Part shown: piece after piece, positions 9,840 to 19,475 of the stretch
How positions within the stretch are numbered: the first letter of the stretch is position 1
Layout of the letters: each line of letters opens with the position of its first letter
Source: Longimicrobiales bacterium
GTDB taxonomy: Bacteria > Gemmatimonadota > Gemmatimonadetes > Longimicrobiales > Gaopeijiaceae
Length of the DNA: 64,000 nt
Assembly (NCBI GenBank): GCA_965204735.1
Contig: OZ242008.1
Span: forward strand, 2,304,001-2,368,000
Direction of reading: 5' to 3'
Program-made: the position numbers and the translations under genes
Notes under the pieces: model-generated
Database searches by the model: none
Seen by the model: only the letters and a program-made list of their open reading frames with translations
Told to the model about the DNA's origin: nothing

Positions 9840-10790
9840 GTGCCCGTCCTCGACTCCTCCATCCTCGATCAGTACGTCTGCGCGGTCGGCCCGGAACGGG
9901 TCCGCCGAAACGTCCCCTTGGGACCCAGGACGACCTTCAAGATCGGCGGCCCGGCCGACCTCTACTGCAGCGCCCGCACCCCCGGCGAAGTGGCGTTGGC
10001 GGTGGCCGCGGCCCGGGAGCTCGGGGTCCCCTTCTTCGTGCTGGGGCGCGGCGCCAACATCCTGGTCGGCGACCGGGGGTTCCGGGGCGTCGTGATCCGC
10101 TGCGCCGTCGGCGGCGTCGATTTCCTTCCGGGCGGCCGCGTCGTGGCCGGGGCGGGAGTGGACACCTTCCCGGACCTGATCAACGCCGTGGTCGCTCGCG
10201 GCCTGGGCGGCATCCACCACTTCGTGGGGATCCCCAGCACCGTCGGCGGGGCGGTCTGGCAGAACCTCCACTTCCTCTCTCCCGCCCCGGAGCGCGAGCG
10301 GACGGTCTTCTGGGAAGAGGTCATGGAAGGCGCCACGATCCTGACGCCGGCAGGGACGGTTCGCCGGGTGGCCGCCGACTACTTCCGCTTCGGATACGAC
10401 TACAGCGCGATCCACGACACGGGCGACCTGGTGCTCGACGTGACCCTGAAGCTGGTCCCGACCCCCGTGGAGGAGCTGCGACGAGTGATCCGCGAGAACC
10501 TGGAGTGGCGCGACCGTCGCCACCCGGACCTTTGGCTCTACCCCTGCGCGGGGTCCATCTTCAAGAAGATCGAGGGGATCGGCGCCGGACGCCTCGTCGA
10601 CCAGTGCGGACTGAAGGGACGCGTCCACGGGGCGGCCCAGATCTTCCACAAGCACGCCAACATCATCGTCAACCTGGGCGGGGCCACCGCCGCGGAGGTG
10701 CGAAAGCTCATCGACCTTTCCCGCTCCACGGTGCTGAAGGAGACCGGCTACGACCTGGAGCCGGAGATCCGCTTCGTCGGCGAGTTCTGA
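9840..10790 (+). CDS. murB: UDP-N-acetylmuramate dehydrogenase (divergent)
   Basis: TTFKIGGPAD, LGRGANILVGD, GIPSTVGG, AGSIFK, HANIIVN, LEPEIRFVG. Start uncertain (GTG 9840; ORF open from 9687). Confidence 0.85.
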   Translation: MPVLDSSILDQYVCAVGPERVRRNVPLGPRTTFKIGGPADLYCSARTPGEVALAVAAARELGVPFFVLGRGANILVGDRGFRGVVIRCAVGGVDFLPGGRVVAGAGVDTFPDLINAVVARGLGGIHHFVGIPSTVGGAVWQNLHFLSPAPERERTVFWEEVMEGATILTPAGTVRRVAADYFRFGYDYSAIHDTGDLVLDVTLKLVPTPVEELRRVIRENLEWRDRRHPDLWLYPCAGSIFKKIEGIGAGRLVDQCGLKGRVHGAAQIFHKHANIIVNLGGATAAEVRKLIDLSRSTVLKETGYDLEPEIRFVGEF

Positions 10791-10883
10791 GCCGTCGGCG
10801 CACCGGGTTTCCAGGGCGCGGACCAGCCTCTGGGCGCAGGGAAGGCCCCGACGCCCGCCGTCCTCCAGGCGCCCCCGCCGGCT

Positions 10884-11531
10884 TCACTCCCCGAACGTCT
10901 CCGCCAGCGAACGGATCACCTCGCGGTCGACCCGGTGTCCGCCGGGGGCGGCGACCCGCCTGGGCTCGATCCCGGCCGCCGCCAGCCGCTCGTCCTGCTC
11001 GGACGCCAAGCCGGGATCGGCGGTGGGGTCCTCGTCCCCGAACACCAGGGTGAGCCGGGGCCTGCGCAGCCCCTCGCCCACCGCCAAGTCGCCCGGCAGG
11101 TAGGCGCCCCAGAGCACGAGCTCGTCGATCGCCGTGCTTCCCAGCGCCGCCCACCGGACCGCCGTGTGCACCCCCTGGGAGAACCCCAGCGCCACCGTCT
11201 TCGTCCGCGCGCCGGCGCCGACGAGAACCCGCGCCGCGAGCCCGTCCAGGTACCGCACGTAGTCCCCGATCTCGGCTTCCCGGTCCACGCGGGTCATCCA
11301 GCTCGCCCCCACTCGGTCCTCCGGCCCGTGGCGCCCCGGCGCCGGATCGATGTAGAAGCGGCTCAGGGCTTCGGGCGCCACCACGACCGCTCCCAGCTCG
11401 ACCAGCCCCGCGAAGGGGTGCACGAACCGGCTCGCCAGCTGCCGATAGCCGTGGCAGACGAACCACGCCTGGCGCGTGTCGCGCGACACCTCGCCCGCCT
11501 GGAAGTAGCGGGCCGTGCGAACGACCGGCAT
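10884..11531 (-). CDS. Alpha/beta hydrolase (phospholipase/carboxylesterase)
   Basis: CHGY, GASWMTR, GFSQG nucleophile elbow, GDED, GGH. Confidence 0.85.
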   Translation of the reverse strand: MPVVRTARYFQAGEVSRDTRQAWFVCHGYRQLASRFVHPFAGLVELGAVVVAPEALSRFYIDPAPGRHGPEDRVGASWMTRVDREAEIGDYVRYLDGLAARVLVGAGARTKTVALGFSQGVHTAVRWAALGSTAIDELVLWGAYLPGDLAVGEGLRRPRLTLVFGDEDPTADPGLASEQDERLAAAGIEPRRVAAPGGHRVDREVIRSLAETFGE

Positions 11532-11647
11532 CCGCCGCTCCACTGGCTCCGACGGCCTCGCTCGCGCCCCCGCCGGCCGACCGGCCTCCGCCCCCGACCG
11601 GCTCTCCGCAGGCCTTGCCCCCGGCCCCACCCCCTCCGCGCCGCCCC

Positions 11648-13054
11648 TCACGTCCCAGTCGCGAAGCGGGCCAGGGGGCGGCGAAACCGCCGCCACGTCC
11701 GCCCCAGCAGCAGAAGCGCCACGATGCCCAGCCCGACGGCCAGTCCCCACCACAGCCCGACCGGCCCCGTCCCCGCCGAGAAGCCCAGCCACAAGCTCAC
11801 CGGCAGGCCCACCAGCCAGAACGCCAGCAGGTTGTAGACGAGGGGCCGCAACGTGTCCGCCACACCCCGAAGCGCCCCTGCGCACACGACCTGGATGCCG
11901 TCGAACAGCTGGAAGACGCCCGCCACGGGAATGAGCGCCGCCGCGACCGCCACCACCTCCGGCTGATCGGCGAAGAGCCCGGCCAGCGCGTTGGGCAGCG
12001 AGAGGAAGACCGCCGCCGTGATCGTCATCAGCAGGCAGCACACCAGCACCGAGGCGCCGGCGAAGCGGCGAGCCCGATCCGGGTCGCCGGCCCCCACCGA
12101 GGCGCCGACCATCACGGCGGCCGCCTGGGCCGCTCCCACGGCCAGCATGAAGGTGAGGGCCGCCAGGTTCAGGGCGATCTGATGGCCCGCCAAGGCCACC
12201 GGCCCGAGCCATCCCATGAAGATCCCGATCGCCCCGAAGGCGCCGAACTCCAGCACGAAGTGGAGCCCGATCGGCGCCCCCAGCCGAACCATCCGCCACA
12301 GCGGTCCCCGGGCCAGCGCCTCCCGCCGCGCCGTGCGCAGGTAGGGCCGCAGCGTCGGCCACGCCATCGCCAGGACGGCCGCGAGCATGAACCAGCGGCA
12401 GATCGCGGTGGCCCAGCCGGAGCCCACGGCCCCCATCGCCGGCGCGCCCCACTTGCCGAACACCAGGACCCAGTTGGCCAAGGCGTTGAGGCCGTTGGCC
12501 AGCACCACCACGACCACGATCGCGGCCACCTTCCCCAGCGCCTGCAACGTCTGACGCAGCAGCACGAAGCCGTAGAAGGGAAGCATCCCCGCGATCAGGG
12601 CTCGGCTGTACGCCGCCGCGATCGGCGCCACGTCGTCCGGCTGTCCCAGGACGCGCAGAACCGGCCCCGCCGTAGCCAGCATCAGCGACGAGACGGCGGT
12701 CAGGACCAGGCCGAGGACGGCGCCTCGCTGAATCGCCAGCTCGATCCCCTTCCGGTCTTCCGCGCCGAAGGCCTGGGAGACGAGGGGGTCGAGGACCATG
12801 AGGACCCCCATGCCGAAGACCGACACGCCGAAGAAGTAGAGGTTCCCCAGCGCCACCGCGGCCAGGTCGGGGGCGGAGACCCGGCCCACCATCGCCGTGT
12901 CCACCAACCCCTGCATGACCATTCCCACCTGCACCACGGCCACCGGCGCCGCGAGGGAGAGGAGCCCGCGAAGCTCCGTTGCCGTGGGGCGGAAGGCGGC
13001 AAGTCCCTTGACGGGCGGGGCGCCCGCGACGCCGGCGGGACTACTCCCCCGCAT
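11648..13054 (-). CDS. MATE family efflux transporter (NorM-like)
   Basis: About 12 TM segments; VDTAMVGR, LAGHQIALN, FQLFDGIQVV..GALRG..DT. Confidence 0.93.
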   Translation of the reverse strand: MRGSSPAGVAGAPPVKGLAAFRPTATELRGLLSLAAPVAVVQVGMVMQGLVDTAMVGRVSAPDLAAVALGNLYFFGVSVFGMGVLMVLDPLVSQAFGAEDRKGIELAIQRGAVLGLVLTAVSSLMLATAGPVLRVLGQPDDVAPIAAAYSRALIAGMLPFYGFVLLRQTLQALGKVAAIVVVVVLANGLNALANWVLVFGKWGAPAMGAVGSGWATAICRWFMLAAVLAMAWPTLRPYLRTARREALARGPLWRMVRLGAPIGLHFVLEFGAFGAIGIFMGWLGPVALAGHQIALNLAALTFMLAVGAAQAAAVMVGASVGAGDPDRARRFAGASVLVCCLLMTITAAVFLSLPNALAGLFADQPEVVAVAAALIPVAGVFQLFDGIQVVCAGALRGVADTLRPLVYNLLAFWLVGLPVSLWLGFSAGTGPVGLWWGLAVGLGIVALLLLGRTWRRFRRPLARFATGT

Positions 13055-15242
13055 ACCTCCTGGGCACCGTCACCGTGAACTCGGTGAACTCGCCTTCCTT
13101 GGTCTCGACCCGGAGGCTCCCGCCGTGCTCCTGGATGATCTCGTGGGAGATCGACAACCCCAGTCCCGTGCCCTTGGTGCCGGACTTGGTGGTGAAGAAG
13201 GGGTCGAAGATCTTCTTCACCACCTTCTCGGGAATGCCCGTGCCGTTGTCCCGGATCGACACCAGCACGCGGTCCTCCTCGCCCTTGGTGCGGAGCACGA
13301 CCGTGGGCGAGTAGCCCTCTTCGCCGCTCTTGCGCCGGATCTCCGTCGCCTGGCAGGCGTTGGTGATGACGTTGAGGAAGACGCGGCTCAGGTCCCTGGC
13401 GATCGCGTGGACCTTGCCGGCGTCCTCGTCGAACTCCCGTTCGATCGTCACGTTGAACATCGAGTCGGAGGCCCGGAGCCCGTGGTAGGCCAGCTTGGCG
13501 TACTCGTCCAGCACCTGGTTCACGTCTACTTCCTCGGGCTGTCCCGCCTCCTCCCGGGAGTGGGCCAGCATCCCCTCCACGATCCGGTTGGCGCGCCCCC
13601 CGTGCTCGCGCACCTTGGTGACGTTCAGCTTCAGGTCCCCCAGGATCTCTTCCAGGTACTCGCGGTCGATCTCGCCGTTCTCGTCGTCCTCCATCTCCTC
13701 TCGGAGCTCGTCGATCAGCTCCTTCGAGAGGGCCGCGAAGTTGTTCACGAAGTTGAGCGGGTTGCGGATCTCGTGGGCGATCCCCGCGGTGAGGGCGCCC
13801 AGCGAGGCCAGCTTCTCCTGCTGGGCCACCTGCTGCTGGGTGCGCCGCAGGTTCTCCAGCGTCTCCTCCAGCGCCTCGTTCTTGGCCTGCACCTCGCTGG
13901 CCAGCTTCTCGACCAAGTTGAGGCGCTGCACCTCCAGGGCGTGCTTGCGGAAGACCTCCAGGTCCGCCGCCATGTCGGCCACTTCGTCGTCGCCAGTGAT
14001 CTCGACCTTCACCCTCAGGTCGCCCTGGGTCATGCGCCGCATGGCGTCCGAGAGGTGCTGGACCCTCGCCAGCAGCCGCTCGCCGAAGAACTTCCAGCCC
14101 ACGACGACGGCGGCGGCCACCGCCAGCACGTTGACGGTCAGGATCAGCCACCAGCCCAACCGCAGCAGCGCGCCCGAATCGGACGCGGCGGTTCGGGCCG
14201 CGCCCTCGGCGTTCCCCACCGCCTCGTTGACCTGCTCGACCAGCTCCGAACTCGTCTGGCGGTTCTGGACCAGCAACTCCTGGGAGCGCGCGATCTCCTC
14301 CAGCCACATTCGGCGGGTCGTCAGCACGCCGTCCGAGGCGCCGTCGTACAGCGCCCGCAACGCGTTCACTCGGGGCCGCAGCCGCTCGGCCAGCGCCGGG
14401 GGAACTTCGCCGAGCCCCGCCTCGAGCTGGCTGAACGCGGTGTTGAAGCGCTCCTGGTTGGCCCCCAGCTGGGTGACCAGGTCCTCCGACATCGCCTGGA
14501 ACATGACGGTGACGACCGCGCGCTGGGCGACGCGCAGGTCCACGAGCGCTCGGTGCCGGTCCAGCTCGACCTGGGCGGTCCGCGCCCCCCGGGAGGCCGG
14601 CTGGTCGGTCAGCTCCCGCAAGCCCGTGTCGATGAAGAACTCCTGGTCGTCGAGTTCGCCTTCGAGGAAGTTGGAGATGCTCAGGTCCACCGCCTCGATC
14701 TCGTCGTCGAGGGCCGCCAGCCGGGCGCCGTGCTCCAGCCTCCGGTCCACCGACGTCCTGATCTCCTCGGTCCGGGTCAAGAGGAGCCGAAGCATGGGCG
14801 CCGCGCCCTCGGTCATCCCCTCTTCCTGGGTGATGGCGGCCACCTGCTGCCCCAGGTCCTCCTCCACGGCCAGCACGGTCTGCCAGACGGTCTCCAGCGC
14901 CTCGGGCGTGTCGGCGGCGACCAGCTGGGGCGAGGCCTGGACGAGATCCGACGTGCTTCGAGCCACGGCGAAGGCGGCGACCAGGGCCGGCATGTGGCCG
15001 TCGGTGACCTCCTCCTGGCGGTTGCCCAGGATCGTCATCAGGCCCAGAGCCAGGAAGCTGGCGCACAGGGTCAGCACGACGCCGCCCCCCAGCCCCACCA
15101 CGACTTGGCTGCCGATGCCGAAGCGCCCGCCCGTGACCTTGCGCACGCGTTCGCTCACGCCTTCGGGGAGGATCGACAGAACCCACTCGAACGCCGCCTG
15201 GACGTGCTGGTCCAGTCCCTTCGGGGGACCCGCGGCCTTCAT
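13041..15242 (-). CDS. Membrane sensor histidine kinase (long helical periplasmic domain, HAMP, HisKA, HATPase)
   Basis: Two TMs around a ~270-aa helical region reminiscent of TorS sensors; EKLASLG.LTAGIAHEIRNPLNFVNNF, NVITNA, DNGTGIP, FDPFFTTK, GTGLGL. Confidence 0.93.
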   Translation of the reverse strand: MKAAGPPKGLDQHVQAAFEWVLSILPEGVSERVRKVTGGRFGIGSQVVVGLGGGVVLTLCASFLALGLMTILGNRQEEVTDGHMPALVAAFAVARSTSDLVQASPQLVAADTPEALETVWQTVLAVEEDLGQQVAAITQEEGMTEGAAPMLRLLLTRTEEIRTSVDRRLEHGARLAALDDEIEAVDLSISNFLEGELDDQEFFIDTGLRELTDQPASRGARTAQVELDRHRALVDLRVAQRAVVTVMFQAMSEDLVTQLGANQERFNTAFSQLEAGLGEVPPALAERLRPRVNALRALYDGASDGVLTTRRMWLEEIARSQELLVQNRQTSSELVEQVNEAVGNAEGAARTAASDSGALLRLGWWLILTVNVLAVAAAVVVGWKFFGERLLARVQHLSDAMRRMTQGDLRVKVEITGDDEVADMAADLEVFRKHALEVQRLNLVEKLASEVQAKNEALEETLENLRRTQQQVAQQEKLASLGALTAGIAHEIRNPLNFVNNFAALSKELIDELREEMEDDENGEIDREYLEEILGDLKLNVTKVREHGGRANRIVEGMLAHSREEAGQPEEVDVNQVLDEYAKLAYHGLRASDSMFNVTIEREFDEDAGKVHAIARDLSRVFLNVITNACQATEIRRKSGEEGYSPTVVLRTKGEEDRVLVSIRDNGTGIPEKVVKKIFDPFFTTKSGTKGTGLGLSISHEIIQEHGGSLRVETKEGEFTEFTVTVPRRYAGE

Positions 15243-16516
15243 CGGGAAAGACGCTCCACCGGCTGGAACCTGCCGCCTCGGATGACCGTCAGAAACACCT
15301 CGTCGGAGCCCTGGTTGTCGTTTTCCCCGTACTCCACGTGGAAGCCGTCCAGGTCGATGGGGCCGGCCTCGCGAAGCTCTTCGAGGAACCTAACCCGGGT
15401 GGGCTCCTCGTCGGGCTCCAGCCGCCGCAGGACTTCCGCCGCGAGGCGTCCGGCCAAGTACCCTTCCAGCGAGACGAAGCCGGGGACCGCGGCCGGCGCC
15501 ACGGCGCGGAGGGCGGCATGGTAGCTCGCCACCACGGGAACCGACAGGTCGGAGGGAAACGGCACCACCTGGGTCACCACCACCCCGTTGCCCGCGTCGC
15601 CCAGCTCGTTGAGCAAGGCGTTGCTGCCCACGAAGGAGATGTTGACGATCACCGCGTTCAACCCCAGGCGCCGCGCCCATCGGATGAAGACCGCCGTCGG
15701 TCGGTACGCCCCGATGACGATCACCGCCTGAGGGCGTCCCTCCCTGATGTCCAGAAGCGCTCGCTTCACGGCCGTGGTGTTCCGCATGTACGTGCCCTCG
15801 CTGACCAGGGACATGTTGCGCCGGCCCAGGGCGATCCGCACTCCGCTGAGGCCGGCGCGGCCGTAGCTGTCGTCCTGGTACAGGATCGCGATCCGATCGA
15901 AGCCCAGGTCGCCGTTCGCAGGGGAGCCGGTCAGGCGCGCCACCATCTCCTCGGTCTCCTGGTAGTAGGAAGCGCGCACGTTCACCACCGACGGGCGCTC
16001 GTCGGCGCGGAGGAACTCGGCCCCCGTGAACGGCGCGATGTAGGGCACCGACTGGGAGCTGGCCACCGGCTCGGCCGCCGTCGAGGTGGGGGTGCCCACC
16101 GCGCCGATCAGGCCGAAGACGCCCGATTCGATCAGCTCCGCCGTGTTGCGGGCGGCGGCCTCGGGCTCGTAGCCGTCGTCGCGGGCGATCAGCCGAAGCG
16201 CCCGGCCGTGCACGCCCCCGTCTCGGTTCGCCTCTTCGAACGCCGCCCGGATGCCCAGGTTCATGTTGGCGCCCAGCGCCATGGCGTCGCCCGACAGCGC
16301 CGCCGACTGGCCGAAGACGATCGAATCGGGGAACACTCCCTGCGACGGCTCCTGGGACGGCTCCTGGGCCGCGACGCCCCGCCCGAGCACGCCCGCCGCC
16401 GCCAGCCCGGCAACACCGCCCGCTTTGGCGAAGCCGCCCAGCCAGAGCGCGACGCCCCGCCCGAAGCCGCGTCCGCCCGGCCCCGGGCCCCTCGCCCTCC
16501 CGGCTCGCCGGCTCAC
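15239..16516 (-). CDS. Periplasmic substrate-binding protein (LivJ-like/Peripla_BP_6), no ABC permease nearby
   Basis: IVFGQSAALSG, GGVHGR, DDGYEP, GAVGTPT, VRASYYQE, YQDDSYG; GTG start overlaps the upstream stop. Confidence 0.88.
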   Translation of the reverse strand: MSRRAGRARGPGPGGRGFGRGVALWLGGFAKAGGVAGLAAAGVLGRGVAAQEPSQEPSQGVFPDSIVFGQSAALSGDAMALGANMNLGIRAAFEEANRDGGVHGRALRLIARDDGYEPEAAARNTAELIESGVFGLIGAVGTPTSTAAEPVASSQSVPYIAPFTGAEFLRADERPSVVNVRASYYQETEEMVARLTGSPANGDLGFDRIAILYQDDSYGRAGLSGVRIALGRRNMSLVSEGTYMRNTTAVKRALLDIREGRPQAVIVIGAYRPTAVFIRWARRLGLNAVIVNISFVGSNALLNELGDAGNGVVVTQVVPFPSDLSVPVVASYHAALRAVAPAAVPGFVSLEGYLAGRLAAEVLRRLEPDEEPTRVRFLEELREAGPIDLDGFHVEYGENDNQGSDEVFLTVIRGGRFQPVERLSR

Positions 16517-17667
16517 TCGGGCCCCACGTACTTGAGAGCCAAGCAGGTGATGTCGTCGGACTGGGGAGCGTCGCCGGCGTGAGCCTTCACGGCCTTCACC
16601 ACATGGCGCCTCACGTCTTCGGCGCTGGCGCCGGCGCACTCGCCCAGCGAGTTGGCCAGGGCGTCCTCGCCGAACTCCTCGCCGTCCTCGTTCATCGCCT
16701 CGGTGACGCCGTCGGTGTAGAGGAAGAAGGTGTCGCCCGGCTCCAGCTCGATGCTGCCGCCCGGAAACTCGAAGTCGGGGATCACACCCAGCACCAGCCC
16801 CGACTCGCTCTCCACCTGCCTCACCTCGCCCGACGCCTTCACCACGTACGGCAGGTTGTGGCCTCCGTTGGCGTACTCCAGCAGCCCGCTGGACGGGTTG
16901 AAGTTGGTGTAGAAGACGGTCACGAACATCGACTCCTCGTTGGACTCGGCCAGCAGGTCGTTCACCTCGGCCATGCACTTGGCCGGATCGGGGTTTCCGA
17001 TCGCCGTTCCCTTCACCAAGGTCCGGCTGACCATCATGAAGAGAGCCGCCGGCACGCCCTTCCCGGACACGTCGGCGACCACCATCGCCAGCCGGTCGTT
17101 CTCCAGCTTGAAGAAGTCGTAGAAGTCGCCCCCCACCTCCTGGGCCGGCGTCATCCACGCGTGCAGGTCGTAGCGGGGGTCGTCGGGGAAGTCGGTGGGC
17201 AGGATCGACTCCTGCATCTTGGCGGCCACCCCCAACTCCCGGCGCAGAGCCACCAGCTCGTCCCTGGACCGAAGCGCGTCGCGCATGACCTGAAGGTGGG
17301 CCAAGGTCTTGGAGATGGTGGTGTCCAAGTCGTCAAAGTCGATCGGCTTGGTCACGAAGTCGAAGGCGCCGCGGTTCATCGCGGTGCGGATGTTCTTCAT
17401 GTCCCCGTAGGCCGTGACGATCACCGCCCGAAGGTCCAGGTGGAGGCTGTTGAGCTGGTGGAGCAGGGTGAGGCCGTCCATCTCGGGCATGTTGATGTCC
17501 GACAGGACCATGTCCACGTCGCTGTGGGCCCGAAGCTTCTCCAGGGCTTGGACGCCGTTCTGGGCGAAGACCAGGTCGATCTCGCCCTTCCGTATTCTGC
17601 GGCGGAACTTCTGGGTCAGGAGTATCTCGAGATCGGGTTCGTCGTCGACGACCAGGATCTTCGCCAT
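16513..17667 (-). CDS. Response regulator fused to SpoIIE/PP2C phosphatase (RsbU/RsbP-like)
   Basis: MAKILVVDDE..LSDINMPEMDG..AFDFVTKP; VGGDFYDF, ADVSGKG, LYTDGVTEA, DDIT. Confidence 0.94.
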   Translation of the reverse strand: MAKILVVDDEPDLEILLTQKFRRRIRKGEIDLVFAQNGVQALEKLRAHSDVDMVLSDINMPEMDGLTLLHQLNSLHLDLRAVIVTAYGDMKNIRTAMNRGAFDFVTKPIDFDDLDTTISKTLAHLQVMRDALRSRDELVALRRELGVAAKMQESILPTDFPDDPRYDLHAWMTPAQEVGGDFYDFFKLENDRLAMVVADVSGKGVPAALFMMVSRTLVKGTAIGNPDPAKCMAEVNDLLAESNEESMFVTVFYTNFNPSSGLLEYANGGHNLPYVVKASGEVRQVESESGLVLGVIPDFEFPGGSIELEPGDTFFLYTDGVTEAMNEDGEEFGEDALANSLGECAGASAEDVRRHVVKAVKAHAGDAPQSDDITCLALKYVGPE

Positions 17668-17827
17668 TCGGAATCGCTCCGCGTCCCCCCGACGGGCCTT
17701 CTTCGTCCGCCGGGGGCCGGCTTGGGGATGAAGGAGGGCGGCCGCCCCGGGTGGACGACCCCATGCAACAAATGTAGCGCCCCGTCCATCGAACCGCTTG
17801 CGGACTCCGGACGCCTCGCCGTGCCGC

Positions 17828-17914
17828 GGACGGCCCCTGCGCGAGGTGGACAGCTTGGAGCCTCCCGGCGTCTCCCGAGCCTCCCGGCGGACGACCCCTG
17901 CGCAAGGTGGACAG
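17828..17914. repeat. 26-bp direct repeat in the divergent phosphatase/glnA intergenic region
   Basis: GGACGGCCCCTGCGCGAGGTGGACAG (17828) and GGACGACCCCTGCGCAAGGTGGACAG (17889), 2 mismatches. Confidence 0.8.
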
Positions 17915-17936
17915 TCCCCGTCGAATCTTGTACAAT
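17908..17936 (+). promoter_or_regulatory. Sigma70-type promoter of glnA
   Basis: TGGACA (17908)-N17-TACAAT (17931), each 5/6 match to consensus. Confidence 0.6.
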
Positions 17937-18010
17937 GTTGCCGCGCGGACGGGCGGACCCGACCGGCGCGACCTAATCCCTTCAGCCCCATGAGGAGACC
18001 ACTCCGCAAG

Positions 18011-19420
18011 ATGGCAGACATCGACGCAGTGCTCGGAACGATCCGAGACCGGGACGTGGAGTTCGTGGACCTGCGGTTCACGGATCCCCGCGGCCGCTGG
18101 CACCACGTGACCCTGACGACGGACGCCTTCGACGAGGACGCCTTCGAGGACGGAATCATGTTCGACGGTTCCTCCATCGCAGGCTGGAAGAGCATCGACA
18201 AGTCCGACATGGCTCTCTTTCCGGACCCCGGGACCGCCGCCATGGACCCCTTCATGGCCGACAGGACGCTCTATCTGATCTGCGACGTCCACGAGCCCAC
18301 GACCGGCGAGCGCTACTCCCGCTGTCCCCGCTCCACCGCCAAGGACGCCGAGGCGTACCTGGCCTTCTCGGGAGTCGGCGACACGGCCTACTTCGGCCCA
18401 GAGCCGGAGTTCTTCCTCTTCGACGACGTGCGCTTCGGCGTCGACCCGAACCACTCCTTCTTCCGGCTGAACGACGTGGAGGGCCCCTACAACACGGGCA
18501 GCGCGCTGGAAGGCGGGAACAAGGGCCACCGGCCGCGCACCAAGGGCGGCTACTTCCCCCTCCCGCCGGTGGACTCGGTGCAGGACGTCCGCAGCGACAT
18601 GCTCAAGGCGCTCAACCACGCCGGCGTCGCCGTGGAGAAGCACCACCACGAGGTCGCGGCCAGCCAGCACGAGCTGGGGATCGTCTTCGCCCCCATGACG
18701 ATGATGGGCGACAAGCTCCAGGTGTACCGCTACGTGGTGCTGAACGTGGCGGCGCGTCACGGCAAGACGGCGACCTTCATGCCGAAGCCGGTCGTCGGCG
18801 ACAACGGCTCCGGGATGCACTGCAACCAGTCCGTCTGGAAGGAAGGCGAGAACCAGTTCTCGGGAACGGGCTACTCCGACCTTTCGGAGACCGCCCTCCA
18901 CTACATCGGCGGGATCATGAAGCACGCCCGGGCGATCAACGCCTTCTCCAACCCCAGCACGAACAGCTACAAGCGCCTCGTGCCGGGCTTCGAGGCGCCG
19001 GTGCTCCTGGCCTACTCGGCCCGCAACCGCTCCGCCTCCTGCCGCATCCCCCACGTCACGTCGGCGAAGGCCCGACGGGTCGAAGTCCGCTTCCCGGACC
19101 CCACGGCCAACCCCTACCTGGCGTTCTCGGCCATGCTGATGGCCGGGCTGGACGGCATCGAGAACCGGATCGACCCCGGCCCGCCGATGGACAAGGATCT
19201 CTACGCTCTGCCGCCGGAGGAGCTGAAGGACATCCCCACCGTCTCCCACTCGCTGCGGGACGCCTTGGACGCCCTCGAGTCGGACCACGAGTTCCTGACC
19301 CGGGGCGATGTGTTCACCAAGGACCAGATCGACGCCTACGTCGAGCTCAAGATGGACGAGGTGGTGCGGTTCGAGCAGGCGCCCCACCCGGTCGAGTACG
19401 ACATGTACTTCTCGCCGTGA
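18011..19420 (+). CDS. glnA: Glutamine synthetase type I (adenylylatable)
   Basis: [49 protein letters not shown], adenylylation loop [11 protein letters not shown]. Confidence 0.98.
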   Translation: MADIDAVLGTIRDRDVEFVDLRFTDPRGRWHHVTLTTDAFDEDAFEDGIMFDGSSIAGWKSIDKSDMALFPDPGTAAMDPFMADRTLYLICDVHEPTTGERYSRCPRSTAKDAEAYLAFSGVGDTAYFGPEPEFFLFDDVRFGVDPNHSFFRLNDVEGPYNTGSALEGGNKGHRPRTKGGYFPLPPVDSVQDVRSDMLKALNHAGVAVEKHHHEVAASQHELGIVFAPMTMMGDKLQVYRYVVLNVAARHGKTATFMPKPVVGDNGSGMHCNQSVWKEGENQFSGTGYSDLSETALHYIGGIMKHARAINAFSNPSTNSYKRLVPGFEAPVLLAYSARNRSASCRIPHVTSAKARRVEVRFPDPTANPYLAFSAMLMAGLDGIENRIDPGPPMDKDLYALPPEELKDIPTVSHSLRDALDALESDHEFLTRGDVFTKDQIDAYVELKMDEVVRFEQAPHPVEYDMYFSP

Positions 19421-19475
19421 CCGCTGGGGAAGACGCGAACCGCAACGAACAGCGAGAACCACGGCCGAGCACGGC

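Noticed and set aside
13016..13026. 11-bp match (CGGGGCGCCCG) to the tRNA-Pro 3' end as a possible att site bounding the nitrogen locus
   Set aside because: All-GC 11-mer likely by chance at this composition; it lies inside the MATE gene and no integrase is present.
17760..17945. Sigma54 promoter or NtrC box upstream of glnA
   Set aside because: No convincing TGGCAC-N5-TTGC; TGCAACAAATGTAGCG is only a weak NtrC-like match, and a sigma70 pair fits better.
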